A DNA stretch of 39,242 bases from Octopus bimaculoides (taxonomy: Eukaryota), in contig NC_068983.1 of the NCBI RefSeq assembly GCF_001194135.2, positions 26,337,888 to 26,377,129 of the forward strand, read 5' to 3'. The translations under genes were made by a program, and so were the position numbers. Under the pieces are notes generated by a model. The model did not search any database. It had not been told where the DNA came from and worked only from the letters and a program-made list of their open reading frames with translations. Positions 25,855 through 37,790 of the stretch are shown piece by piece (within the stretch, counting starts at the first letter, position 1; each line of letters begins with the position of its first letter).

Positions 25855-26300
25855 AGAGTGGATATGTGGTAAGTTGCTTGTTTACCAGCCACATGGGTTC
25901 GGGTTCAATCCCACTGCATTGCATCTTGGGCAAGTGTCTTCTACTATAGCCTCGAGCAAACCAATGCCTTATGAGTGGATTTGGTAGACGGAAACTGAAG
26001 GAAGCCCGTCGTATATTTATATATTTATATAGTTATATATATATATGCGTGTATGTGTGTGTGTGTGTGCGTGCGTGTGTGTATGTATGTGCTGTGCCTA
26101 TGTTTGTTCCCCATCATCGCTTGATATCCGATGGTGGTGTGTCTACGTCCCCGTAACTTAGCGGTTCGGCAAAGAGACCGATAGAATAAGTACTAGGCTT
26201 ACAAAGAATAAGACCTGGGGTCGATTTGTTCGACTAAAGGTGGTGCTCCAGCATGGCTGCAGTTAAATGACTGGAACAAATAAAAGAATAAAAGAATAAA
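25855..26300 (+). mobile_element. SINE family B, full length with internal (TA)/(GT) microsatellite
   Basis: GTGGATATGTGGTAAG head, GGGTTCAATCCCACT B-box-like motif, GGCAAGTGTCTTCTACTATAGCC, (AAAAGAATA)n tail. Confidence 0.92.
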
Positions 26301-26626
26301 GTCAAATCTATTTTAAGTCACTTCCTTCTTTATTAAATGAACATGAATTAGTGTTACATTATAATTGACAATCCTACGTTTAGCGTATTTTTGGTCACCG
26401 AATTCAGCAAGATGTGCTGAAATAGAGCTAAATGAATGCGATCCTGATCATTTTACATGATGTTAATCTATGCAGATGTATGTCCACGAACACAAATAAG
26501 ATATCATCTTATGATATAAATTCGATGGGCTAAAATTGAGCATATTGCAGTAGGATGTTTGGGTTCCCTAGACTACCTGTTGGTTATTTCTCATATTCTT
26601 CTACGTATTTAATGTACGATATAATG

Positions 26627-26818
26627 TAAGGTCTCACATTTAGGTACAAGGCCTGCAAAGTGGACCCCAGTGTCCAGCTGATACATTTTTAAATTGACCC
26701 CAAAATGAATAAAGGCAAAGACGACTTCGGCGGAATTTAAGCCCAGAATGTAAAGAGAGATGAAATGATGCCAAGCCTTCTAACCTGCGTGCTAATGATG
26801 CTGCCAGGTCGCCGCCTT
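26627..26818 (-). mobile_element. SINE family A
   Basis: GGTACAAGGCCTG...AAAGGCAAAGACGACTTCGGCGGAATTT...GCCAGGTCGCCGCCTT. Confidence 0.8.
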
Positions 26819-26963
26819 AATATATAATATAATATAATATCGAAGCACATTTGTAAATTCAAAGATAAATCAAATAACAAAAGAGAAAAGCAATACAGGC
26901 AGAAGGAGCTTCACTAATGATTTTTGGTCATATCAGTATAAACAGCATAACAATATAATATAG

Positions 26964-27172
26964 TTGATTTCAATTTTTGGCAAGAACGCCAGACATTTTG
27001 AGTGTATTATTACACTGACAAAGTGCTGGAATGTTACTTTATGTTATCGACCAAGAAAGGATGAACGCAAAAATTGATCTCACCGGCATTTCAACTCAGT
27101 ACACAATGAGCCGGAAGAAATTACGCTAAGAATTTTTCCGAAGCTTTTTCGATTCTGCTCGCTCACCGCCTT
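26964..27172 (-). mobile_element. SINE family A, degenerate
   Basis: TTGATTTCAATTTTTGGCAAG...ATCGACCAAGAAAGGATGAACGCAAAA...CTCACCGCCTT. Confidence 0.75.
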
Positions 27173-28070
27173 AAGGAAAGCTCAACATGATGATATAGCA
27201 AATTTGTTTGTACAAGAAGGGGAATTAGGTGATAAAGCATTACATACAACAACATAAATTAATTAACAAATAGACAGGATATCGAATGAAACCGCAAATG
27301 CACAAAAAGAGCATTGGCGTTTGCGGATATTAAAAGAAAACAAAAATTTATGAAGCAAGCCGGAAGAAACCTTTAAAAATCAAGATATTAATGACGTAAT
27401 CGACAGACAGATGCAACAGAAGTATTGAAGCACGACATAGCTTATGATGTGATTAGGTGAACGACAATCAAAAACCAAAGCAGATACTGAATTAACCATT
27501 GAAAAACGATATACAGATTAAAAATCAACCTAGGCTAAAACGAACGAATTGAAAATTATAACAAACAGAGAAAGTGATTTAATAGGAAATTAAAACCATT
27601 CGACGCAAAATGATAGACAAAAGAGTGAACCCATTCTACGGTATACAATATTAGACAGTTTTCATCTGATTATGACATTAGCAAAGGACATGCCATTAGA
27701 AGAAACAGTAATTCATTTGATATTCATAAATACAGCACAATACAGAATGTATTCCCTAAATGTTTCGTTCAGAAAGTGTATTTGTTATGTGTACACATAT
27801 CTGAACATATATGTGTTTGCATGTTTGCGTTGTTTAGTTTATATGCATATATACAGGTCTGGTTGTCTAAGTGAGTACATGTAACTTAGTCTTTCGTATG
27901 TATATTTTTATTAAAGATCAGCGTTGTTAAACCGTAAGATCGTCTGTCTGAAAAACAGAAACTTACCGTCTCACCAAAAGGTCTTCATGTTTCTATGAAT
28001 GTTAAAGGTAATTTTGCTTAAAGCGCAGCCATATAAGCTAACTTTACATTTTACAGAGTAGTCACAAGCT

Positions 28071-28134
<64 letters not shown>

Positions 28135-28153
28135 CACACATGGGGTAGAGGTG

Positions 28154-28275
28154 AAGAAAAAAGCAATCGAAGCGTTGAAAGGCATCGCTTCGCAAGACTT
28201 CCAGCACTACTACGAATTATGGAGACCGTACGGAGACCGATGCATTGCTTCAAATGGAGAATACTTTGAAGGCAT
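28154..28275 (+). mobile_element. Mariner transposase C-terminal fragment
   Basis: Reads KKAIEALKGIASQDFQHYYELWRPYGDRCIASNGEYFEG, resembling the mariner ending LK.I....FQ.CF..W..R...CI...G.YFEG. Confidence 0.65.
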
Positions 28276-28289
28276 TAAAAGTGTAAAGA

Positions 28290-28475
28290 AAGGCGGTGTG
28301 CTGGCAGAAAGGTTGGCACGCCGGGCGAAATACTTAGCGGTGTTTCGTCCGGCCTTATGTTCTGAGTTCAAATTCCGCCGAGGCCGACTTTGCCTTTCAT
28401 CCTTTTCGGATCGATAAATTAAGTACCAGTTGCGCACTGGGGTCGATCCCATCGACTGGCCCCCTACTCCAAACT
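28290..28475 (+). mobile_element. SINE family A
   Basis: AAGGCGGTGTGCTGGCAGAAAGGTTGGCACGCCGGGCGAAA...GCCGACTTTGCCTTTCATCCTTTTCGG. Confidence 0.9.
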
Positions 28476-29004
28476 AAGTGAATAAAATAATATTACAAAA
28501 TTTACGGTTTCTTTTGGGTAACATCTCGTATGCATGAACGTATATTCTTGTTTCTATATGTTTCCTTTTATTATTTATAAATGTCTCTGTGTGTATGTAT
28601 GTATGAATGCATAGACATGCATGAGTAAAAGTATATGCGTGTATGAGCGTGCATTCATGTATACCCACTGTATTTACATATATGCGTACACATTCAGCGG
28701 CACTCCCATTTATATGTGCGTATATATGGATGTATTTGTTTAATTTTTCTTTAATTGTTCAGTTATTTATTTATTTAACACTGCAATGCGCATAATTTTG
28801 TGACAGTGGTGTAATTGTTCTATAATTTATTGCATACCAATATAGGAATATACCATTATCACCAGTTTATAAATGTAAGTCCACTTGATTTGAAGTCAAT
28901 TTGATAAATGTCTATGCAAGAAAATCTGGGGATCTTCAGTCACTCTATAAATTCTGGTTATGAATAAGAAACACGTGTATACATTCACACACACATAACG
29001 AGAC

Positions 29005-29056
<52 letters not shown>

Positions 29057-29235
29057 TGTGAGAGAGAGAGAGAGATGCAAGAAGCTATGTGTCATTGTCT
29101 ATACTCATATTAAATGTAAAGTTTCTTTTTGCAGTCAAAGTACTGAGAGAACTATAGAGGAGTTTTGGGATCAAATTGAGATTTCAAACAGCGTCTCCTG
29201 TATATGCAATTTTGCTCTGAATATCATCCTAAATT

Positions 29236-29433
29236 AAGGAGGCGAACTGGCCAGAACCAGTAGCACTCCGAGCTAAATGCTTAGCGGTATTTCGTCCGCC
29301 TTTACATTTTGATTTAAAATGCCGCCGAGGGAGGCTTTGCCTTTCGTGATCGGGGCTGGACACTGTGGTCTATGTATTTGATTTACCTCCTCAATCCGAA
29401 ATTCCTGGCCTTGTGTTGAAGTTTAAATCAAAT
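29236..29433 (+). mobile_element. SINE family A, degenerate
   Basis: AAGGAGGCGAACTGGCCAGAA head, TGCTTAGCGGTATTTCGTCC, CCTGGCCTTGTG tail. Confidence 0.8.
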
Positions 29434-29989
29434 GTTTTCCTACACCGTTTTGTCTTCATGATTTCAATATCCCACGTAAATATATTCACGAAGCAATGCC
29501 TATTTGTGATTGATGTATAAAATATTTGCTGCATAGGAAATTGGTACACAAAAATGTTTGTTAACTTTACATCTCCTAACCTTGCTGCAGATCGAAAGTG
29601 CAATTAACCAATAGACGAGATATAATAAAATTCAAAACATCAAAAGAAAATAAAGCATACACTCAAACAAACACACACACACACGCACACATGTGTATAT
29701 GCTTATATATATATATATATATATATATNNNNNNNNNNNNNNNNNNNNNNNNNNNNNNNNNNNNNNNNNNNNNNNNNNNNNNNNNNNNNNNNNNNNNNNN
29801 NNNNNNNNNNNNNNNNNNNNNNNNNNNNNNNNNNNNNNNNNNNNNNNNNNNNNNNNNNNNNNNNNNNNNNNNNNATATATATTTATATATGTATATATGT
29901 ATGTATCTATGTATGTATGCGTGAAGAAGCAACTTATTTTGGCTTCAAACACGCGCTCATATGTGTATGTTATGAAAACATATCTATGC

Positions 29990-30510
29990 ATGTCCATCCC
30001 TCTTCTCCGCCTATATTCATAAGAAGGTTGTTGGGGGTAGCTATCACAAACACGCCCTCCATAAGGTCCTAGCAGCAACATTCCTGTTGAATTCACAAGC
30101 GTGACCATCTGAGATCATTGATATTAATCAAGCATCCAGCTTTTGCTCTGCCTCCAATTGTCTCTTTGACTTGAAAATCAGTCTTGTGATTGATTTTCTT
30201 CTGAGACTTTTTCTCCATTTAAGCTATTTGTATTTGCGATCATATTCGCGATCATATTCGCGATCATTCGGTCATTACTCAAAATCCATGACCATAAGTA
30301 ATGGTTGGCACGAATACTAATCTAATGAACGAATGCTGCAGCTGGCGCATTACTCTGCATGCATCTACAATTATATTGTCCAATTCAGCCAGCTACTTTT
30401 CATCTGTCATGAATGCGCCCGAGATTCTTGAACTTCTTCGTTTCTCTCATCGATATCCCATGCAGAGTAACTCGGTAAGACAATCTTGTCTGGACCACTG
30501 TCTCCAGCAT
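29990..30510 (-). mobile_element. Degenerate RTE-clade LINE 3' fragment
   Basis: Minus-strand segments KFKNLG, VFVPTITYGHGF*VMTE* and LRW match the post-RT pattern of RTE elements (KFKYLG...FVPILTYGHE.WVMTER...QLRW.GH). Boundaries are approximate. Confidence 0.7.
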
Positions 30511-30644
30511 GCGCTATTGGGTTTCCTGCCGATTGCTGCAAAGCAGGAGTTAGAATTACAGTTGAGAGTACGAGTGTACACACACGCACACATACACACA
30601 CACACGCATTTATATTTACATACATGAATACAAATATATTAATA

Positions 30645-31916
30645 TTGGGTTGGTATCTAAGTTACCACCGTTTTTTTAAATTTTGAAATTATTGCGCTTT
30701 TTAATTTTGGAATGTATTTATTTCGAGAATTCTATTTTTGAATCATTTGAAATCTTTTTTTTTTTCTAGTTAATTTTAGTTATTTTTTTGTTTATTTCCA
30801 GATCATTTAAATGGAATGTCAAGTTAAGAAAAACGAGTATTTTCGACACCTCCTTCTTTTTGCTTTTAATCAAGGTTCTAAGGCCGCAAAAGTTGCTCGT
30901 GACATTTGTGCTGTGTATAGAGAGGGCGTCATATCTGATAGAACTGCACGTGATTGGTATGCGAAGTTCAAAAATGGAAATTTGGACCTCCAAGACACAC
31001 CTCGTTCTGACCGTCCAGTTGAGTTCGATGAAGAGCGATTAAACCAACTTTTGCACGAAAGTTCTCGTCAAACGACAAGGGAACTGACTTGCAAAGAAAA
31101 TGGAATTCTCCCTCACTGCTATAGAGAAGCATCTTCACTCGATGGGAAAGGTTCAGATTTATGGAGCATGTGACAACAACAAAAATTAACGATCCACAGT
31201 TCCGCTGGTTTGCTTGCTCGTCACCACTCTACTCATGGACACAAGCAACGATCTCTTTATCGAATCGTTACTGGTGACGAAAATGATGCCTGTACATCAA
31301 TATGAAGCAGCGTAAGGAAAGGTTTAGCCCCGGTAAACAAGCGACACCGCACGTGAAACAAGATCTTCATCCGCGTAAAATGATGTTGTGCGTTTGGTGG
31401 AACTTGGAAGGGATTATCCATTACGAATTGCTTGAACGGAACCAAACCGTCAACGCGCAACTCTATGTTCAACAGATGGAACGACTTAACACGACAATTC
31501 AAGAGAAAAAACCTAATCGGCAGCATGGAGTTCTTCTGCTGCACGACAACGCCCGCCCTCATATCGCCAAGATGACCAAGAAAGCCATTCAAACGCATGG
31601 CTGGGAAGTGCTGCCACACCCAACATAGTCTTCTGATTTGGCACCAACAGATTTCCACCTCTTTCAATCGCTTTCAAATGCAATGCGCGAAGTTTCGTTC
31701 AATACTGATGCAGAATTGAGAGCTTAGTTGATTCAATTTTTCGAGTCGAAATCCGCTGATTTCTACCAACGAGGTATTGAAAATCTTGTTGAACGTTGGG
31801 AAGAAGTTGTAAACAACAAGGGTGAATACATTATTGATTCACTAGTTGTTATTTTTTATTAAACCTATTAAAAATTTTAAATTTAAAAAAGGGCGTGAAT
31901 TTAGCTGCCAACTCAA
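30645..31916 (+). mobile_element. Near full-length decayed mariner transposon (D,D34D)
   Basis: Imperfect TIRs TTGGGTTGGTATCTAAGTT / AATTTAGCTGCCAACTCAA, flanked by TA (30643-30644, 31917-31918), enclosing a transposase-like sequence. Confidence 0.95.
30811..31841 (+). pseudogene. Mariner transposase pseudogene
   Basis: N-terminus MECQVKKNEYFRHLLLFAFNQG (HTH region), IVTGDE, LLHDNARPH, HPT*SSDLAPTDFHLF with 34 residues between the 2nd and 3rd D, C-terminus ERWEEVVNNKGEYIID. Frameshifts, an in-frame stop at the YSPDL tyrosine and loss of the WVPHxL motif. Confidence 0.93.
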
Positions 31917-33008
31917 TATATGGGTATACGCAAATGTAGATCAATACTACGACAAGTCCACCATTTATCACAATAAGGACTGGTTCAAACATCTATGCAC
32001 AGTACCAGTAAATTAGTAGGAGAGGGTTTAACGAAAACTCACTATTTTAACAAATCGAGAATGGTGTGACGTTAGTTGAATTTAGGAGTGTTTTGAAATC
32101 AGAAAGTAACATATCGAAGTCATAGCACGTTGCGTTTTGTCTGACGTTTTACCGCATCTCTAACACTATACACGTATGCACGGGCGCACACTCATATATA
32201 TGTAATACATACATATATATGTATGTATATATGTATGTATTCACCCGAGTATCTATCTGCGTATGTCTGTATCTGTATTCATAATAGAAATGAAATAAAA
32301 TATGTTCCCTCTGAAAATAAATGTTAAATTTTAAGTGCACAAATTTACTGTGTGACGGAAGGAAACATTATAAATTATAATAGCTGGAATAATATCTAAA
32401 TTTAGGTGTCATGACCTCTATTTATTTACAAATTACAGAATACCATAAATGCAATTTCAATTATAGAATTCTCAATACCTTTTAAATAAACATTTTCAGT
32501 TTATAATTGTAGAATATGTTCTCTTACCATATGTTTTGATAAGTAAATAAAATTTATTTGAGTAAAATAATGACAGGTTTGATTATAAGAACAGTTATAA
32601 AATATTTATTATTTTCTGGAATTTGAATCTGGTTTACATGTTGGATATATACAAAGGTTTAAAGAAGGCAGAATAAAAGCATATATTAGGCAAATGTTAG
32701 ATTGTATGAAAAGGAGAAGATAAAGATATAAACAACATTTTAGAAGGTTGGTTTTATATAATACGGAAAGATACGCAAACCAATAGAGATATAAGACGAT
32801 TAAGAATGCAATCAAACTGCTGAATACTTTCACATCTAATATGTTAGTTTCGGTTAGTGATGTTGTGAGCTTAGCATCCATATACATACATATAAAGATT
32901 TATGCGGGCAGCTGCATTTGTGTGTATGTGTTGATGAATTTGAATACGCTCACATACGCACACGCGTACACACACACACAAATATACATACATGCATAAA
33001 CACATACA

Positions 33009-33042
<34 letters not shown>

Positions 33043-33474
33043 CCCACTCTATATTAGTGCGTTGGTGTCTAGAACACTTCAGTTCTGTGTGTATCGCATT
33101 TTCCCCATTTAATCTCCTCAGCTATGTCACTCGTTTCGCTTTGAAATTTTTAATATTCGCTCTCGAACTCTAATTTATATGTATGCTAATTAAATCCTTA
33201 ATTTCAGTCGCTGATATGATTGCAGATATTACTTGAACCCATACTAACGAGGTTATACAGTGTCATAGCTAATGAACAGCGTGTGAGCTAATTAATGTTG
33301 AAGCAAGAGGAATTCATATTAATTAAAACTGCATTAAATATTGTTTTTTTTTTTTTAAAACAGACGTTCCTTTTGTGGGGAACTCTTTCCGAAATAGTGA
33401 TTTACGCAGGCACAATCATATAGGCATGTATACATGTAACCATGTACGTGTATACATGTAGGAGTCGTTCATAT

Positions 33475-33820
33475 TTTATTTTTTTAGATATTCTAGTCAC
33501 CAGTCATGCTGGGGCGCCGCCTTGAGAAATTTTAATTCAAATTAATCGAACCCGGTACTTGTTTTCTTGTTAAGCTTGCTACTTATTATAGCGGTCTCTT
33601 TTGCCAAAACGTTACGAGAACGTAAACACATTAATGACCGTTGTCAAGTGGTGGTGGACAAATCCAGGCTCAAAGACACACACACACATACCCACATTCC
33701 ACCACACATAAATACGACGGGTTTCTTTCAGTTTACGTCTACCAAATTCACTCGCAAGCCTTTAGTCAGCCCAAGGTTATAGCAGAAAACACTTGCCCAG
33801 GTCTACTCCCACTGCGTGTT
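33475..33820 (-). mobile_element. SINE family B, degenerate
   Basis: CATGCTGGGGCGCCGCCTT...TACGACGGGTTTCTTTCAGTTT...AGAAAACACTTGCCCAGG. Confidence 0.8.
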
Positions 33821-35750
33821 TGTCAACTCCCAGTAAGATGTAGTTGAGAAGAAAACATCATACCAAACAGACATGCTTGCACCTCTATATGTATGTGTAA
33901 CATGTATATATGCTGGTATATTTATACACATACACACACGCACTCAAACACACGCACACACACACAAACAAACAGACACATATATATATATACACTACGA
34001 ATGGATAGGTGTATGTAAATACAATGTAAAATGATCAATTTTGAGTTGTTAGAAATAAGAAAAAAGTATCTGTTGAATGTGTAATTCAAGTTGATAATAG
34101 GAAATATTTTGATTTCCTTGCGGTATTTTTATTCAATATTTGACTTCGTTAAGCTTCAAGTTTCAGAAAAGTATTTAGCGATTAAAATAATCATGTATTT
34201 TGGTCGGTAGATTTAGCTTCTCACCTACTGAAAATCACGTTCTTGCCAATGTGTAATTTTATCAGATTCCAGTCTACTGCAAGTTTTCCTCGGGACTTTG
34301 TGAATAGAAAATACGTTCCTTTTTCCCCTTTCAGCAATCCCGGTTGCCCTGCAAGGTATCATGTCAAACACATCCCTATACCCGTCACTGGTAATGTGCA
34401 CCATGATTTCGGGAATTAATTATAGACATTTCTGCAGTCATGAACAACCATAGACACAACCTTGACTCTCTTACCACAAAATGCCGAGGAACGTCGAGGA
34501 TATGGTAGAGGAGATAGGAAGGGCTGCTCCAGTGTTAGGTCGCTACTGCAACAAGTTGAAACGTACCTCCTTGCTCAAAGATTAAAATATAATTTTTTTT
34601 AAATGAATTATCTCGTGCATTGAATAACGTTCTATGTTTACATGTGTGTTTAATTTGTTTTAAATGGCGTTGTGTAACCGAAGTTGTCCCCTCGCTTTCT
34701 GAAGGAATCTTAGTGATGCATATTTCATAAAATCTACGTACCGCGTTTTTAAACTCTGCTGCTGTTGCAAAAAAAACAAAAAAAAAACGCTCTCAACCGT
34801 CTCCAAGTCAAATTTTTCAACAGGGAAGAGAGTGTGAGAATGAGAAAGAGGAAGAGAGTGAGAGAGCGAGAGAGCGAGAGACAGAGACATAAAGATAGAG
34901 AGAAGAAGAATGACAGACAGGCAGTTTAACAGACTGTATAGACAGTCAAACGGACGGACGGAGACAGAAATCGAGAGAAAATAGAAGAGGGAGAGAGAAC
35001 TGGCAAAGAATGACTATATGAATTTATTACAGTATGTGAATGGTATTTGCGCTTTGGAACGAATAAAGGCTGTTTATATCCGCGGTATTTACACGTACTG
35101 CACTGAGTACTTGGACGTGTAACACAAAGTCATCTATTTGATGATCCAAAGGATCAATCAACATGACACCTATTTGAAATGTCATTCATCTCGATATGCC
35201 CAATTCCCCAAAATACAGAATATCTGAATTTAAATATCGCCCGGAGCGACTTGCCCTCTCAGTCATTCGGCGTTAATAAAATAAGTAACACTTAATCATT
35301 GGGGGCGATATTTTCTCCTCCTAAAATTGCAAACCTTGCACTAGAATTTTAAGCCATTATTATGCAGCGTACGTACAAATTTGTGAAGCATCAGATAAAT
35401 ATAATCAGTGTGTTAAATATGTGTGGTCATGGCTGTGGGTAACTGTGCCAATGTGTGATAGTATGTGTGTTTGTGTTAGTATGTGTGTGTGTGTGTGTGC
35501 GTGCGTGTGTCGTTTCATTCTTAAGCACAAAGCTAGTGAATTTGAGAGAATGGTCTACCAGTCTCCTGCATCAATCCCAATGCTTAATTTCACCGCCTCC
35601 GACAGCTGAATGGCAAAATTAATATAGGCGGAATTTGAGATGAGATAGAAAAGAGTAGAATAAAAACTGCAATGTAATTTGTCCGATATTCACATAATTC
35701 TCCGCAATCCGATACATATAGATACATTCATACATACGTATATATATATC

Positions 35751-36409
35751 TAAATTGTAAATGCAAAAATAAAAACAAAAACACAAAGGATCCTGCGGTC
35801 CACGTGTTTCAAGCTTTATAGTTGTTACATCAGTGTATAATTGATTTTCTCTTATTGTTTCTTAGATTACCCACCCCACCGATTTGACTCCTTTTATATT
35901 TTATTTCATTTTAGTTTTATTTTCGTATGAATATCTGTGTGTTATTTTTTTCTTATTATTATTTTATACTCCTATTTTATTTTATATTATTATTTCATTT
36001 TTGTTATGTTATTTTATTATATGGTTTTTAACCACCAACTTAACACTACACACTGAATTGTGGCAAGGTATGGACGGATTCCGGAGTACCGAGGAAATTA
36101 TGTATAAATATATCAAATTAAGAATTCTACGAGGTATAGGACAATGCAAAATACCAAACGGAAACTCACCTCTTATATCTCATATTTCTTCCTCCTTTAA
36201 CGCCTATGTGATATAATTCTTGGGAGAGAATACATTCGCGGCTGAAGATAGCTTTATATTGTCNNNNNNNNNNCTTGGGAGAGAATACATTCGCGGCTGA
36301 AGATAGCTTTATATTGTCAATTATACACTGATGTAACAACTATAAAACTTGAAACACGTGTACCGCAGAATCCCTTGTGTTTTTTTTTTATTTTTGCATT
36401 TACAATTTA
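35751..36409 (+). mobile_element. Probable Penelope-like retroelement remnant with inverted terminal repeat (pLTR-like)
   Basis: About 93-bp inverted repeat (35751-35844 vs 36317-36409) containing the hammerhead 3' half and a T-rich tail. Hammerhead type matches those described for Penelope-like elements. No RT domain is visible. Confidence 0.5.
36289..36371 (+). ncRNA. Type I hammerhead ribozyme, minimal palindromic stem III variant
   Basis: ATTCGCGG-CTGAAGA-[stem II 36304-36350]-GAAA-C-ACGT-G-TA-CCGCAGAAT. Stem I is GCGG/CCGC plus ATTC/GAAT with one bulged A. Core CUGAAGA and GAAA are intact; the GUA triplet predicts cleavage after 36362. Stem II includes TTTATA/TATAAA and TTGT/ACAA. The base of stem II is a non-canonical U-U. 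Confidence 0.75.
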
Positions 36410-36966
36410 TTCATTCACCTCAACCACGAGCTGGCATACACAGGTGCTTACAATTGCACCTTGTTTACCATGTTGTCCTTGTTCTTTTGCCATGCCATGT
36501 ACCCAGTTATGTATCTATACGTACATGTCGATGAACGTATATACATACATGTACATATATATGCATATACTCATATATTGTTTGTATTACGACAGAACGC
36601 ACGCGTTACCTTTATACAGTAAGTTTTAACTATTTTTCTAACGCGACTCTCTATTTCTACCTCCCCCTCTCATTCTTCCCTCTACTGTTCTTCGCCTCTA
36701 CCTGTCACTACTTCTCTCTCTCTCTCCTTCTCTTGTTACTCGTGCTTCGCCTATCACTGTTACTACTACTATCTCTCTCTCTCTCTCTCTCTCTCTACCT
36801 CTCGTTGCTCACTTTTATTCTACTTCCTCCCCTCCTTTTCCCTCTGCTACTCTTTCTCTTCACACAGCCTTGGTCACGTATGTCCGGCTGCTATTTCTTT
36901 TCGTTCTTGGAATCACCAAGCTCGCACGTACTTCTTTGCCCCTCCTGTAGGTGCTTGACAGCGTTC

Positions 36967-37790
36967 NNNNNNNNNNNNNNNNNNNNNNNNNNNNNNNNNN
37001 NNNNNNNNNNNNNNNNNNNNNNNNNNNNNNNNNNNNNNNNNNNNNNNNNNNNNNNNNNNNNNNNNNNNNNNNNNNNNNNNNNNNNNNNNNNNNNNNNNNN
37101 NNNNNNNNNNNNNNNNNNNNNNNNNNNNNNNNNNNNNNNNNNNNNNNNNNNNNNNNNNNNNNNNNNNNNNNNNNNNNNNNNNNNNNNNNNNNNNNNNNNN
37201 NNNNNNNNNNNNNNNNNNNNNNNNNNNNNNNNNNNNNNNNNNNNNNNNNNNNNNNNNNNNNNNNNNNNNNNNNNNNNNNNNNNNNNNNNNNNNNNNNNNN
37301 NNNNNNNNNNNNNNNNNNNNNNNNNNNNNNNNNNNNNNNNNNNNNNNNNNNNNNNNNNNNNNNNNNNNNNNNNNNNNNNNNNNNNNNNNNNNNNNNNNNN
37401 NNNNNNNNNNNNNNNNNNNNNNNNNNNNNNNNNNNNNNNNNNNNNNNNNNNNNNNNNNNNNNNNNNNNNNNNNNNNNNNNNNNNNNNNNNNNNNNNNNNN
37501 NNNNNNNNNNNNNNNNNNNNNNNNNNNNNNNNNNNNNNNNNNNNNNNNNNNNNNNNNNNNNNNNNNNNNNNNNNNNNNNNNNNNNNNNNNNNNNNNNNNN
37601 NNNNNNNNNNNNNNNNNNNNNNNNNNNNNNNNNNNNNNNNNNNNNNNNNNNNNNNNNNNNNNNNNNNNNNNNNNNNNNNNNNNNNNNNNNNNNNNNNNNN
37701 NNNNNNNNNNNNNNNNNNNNNNNNNNNNNNNNNNNNNNNNNNNNNNNNNNNNNNNNNNNNNNNNNNNNNNNNNNNNNNNNNNNNNNNNNN
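36967..37790. other. Largest assembly gap (N run)
   Basis: Direct read. Confidence 0.99.

Noticed and set aside
28960-28990. GAAACACGTGTA motif identical to the hammerhead 3' core
   Set aside because: No upstream CUGANGA and no stem I or stem II partner found.
30301-30686. Overlapping ORFs upstream of the mariner
   Set aside because: They overlap the degenerate RTE LINE, mostly antisense, and a CA repeat.
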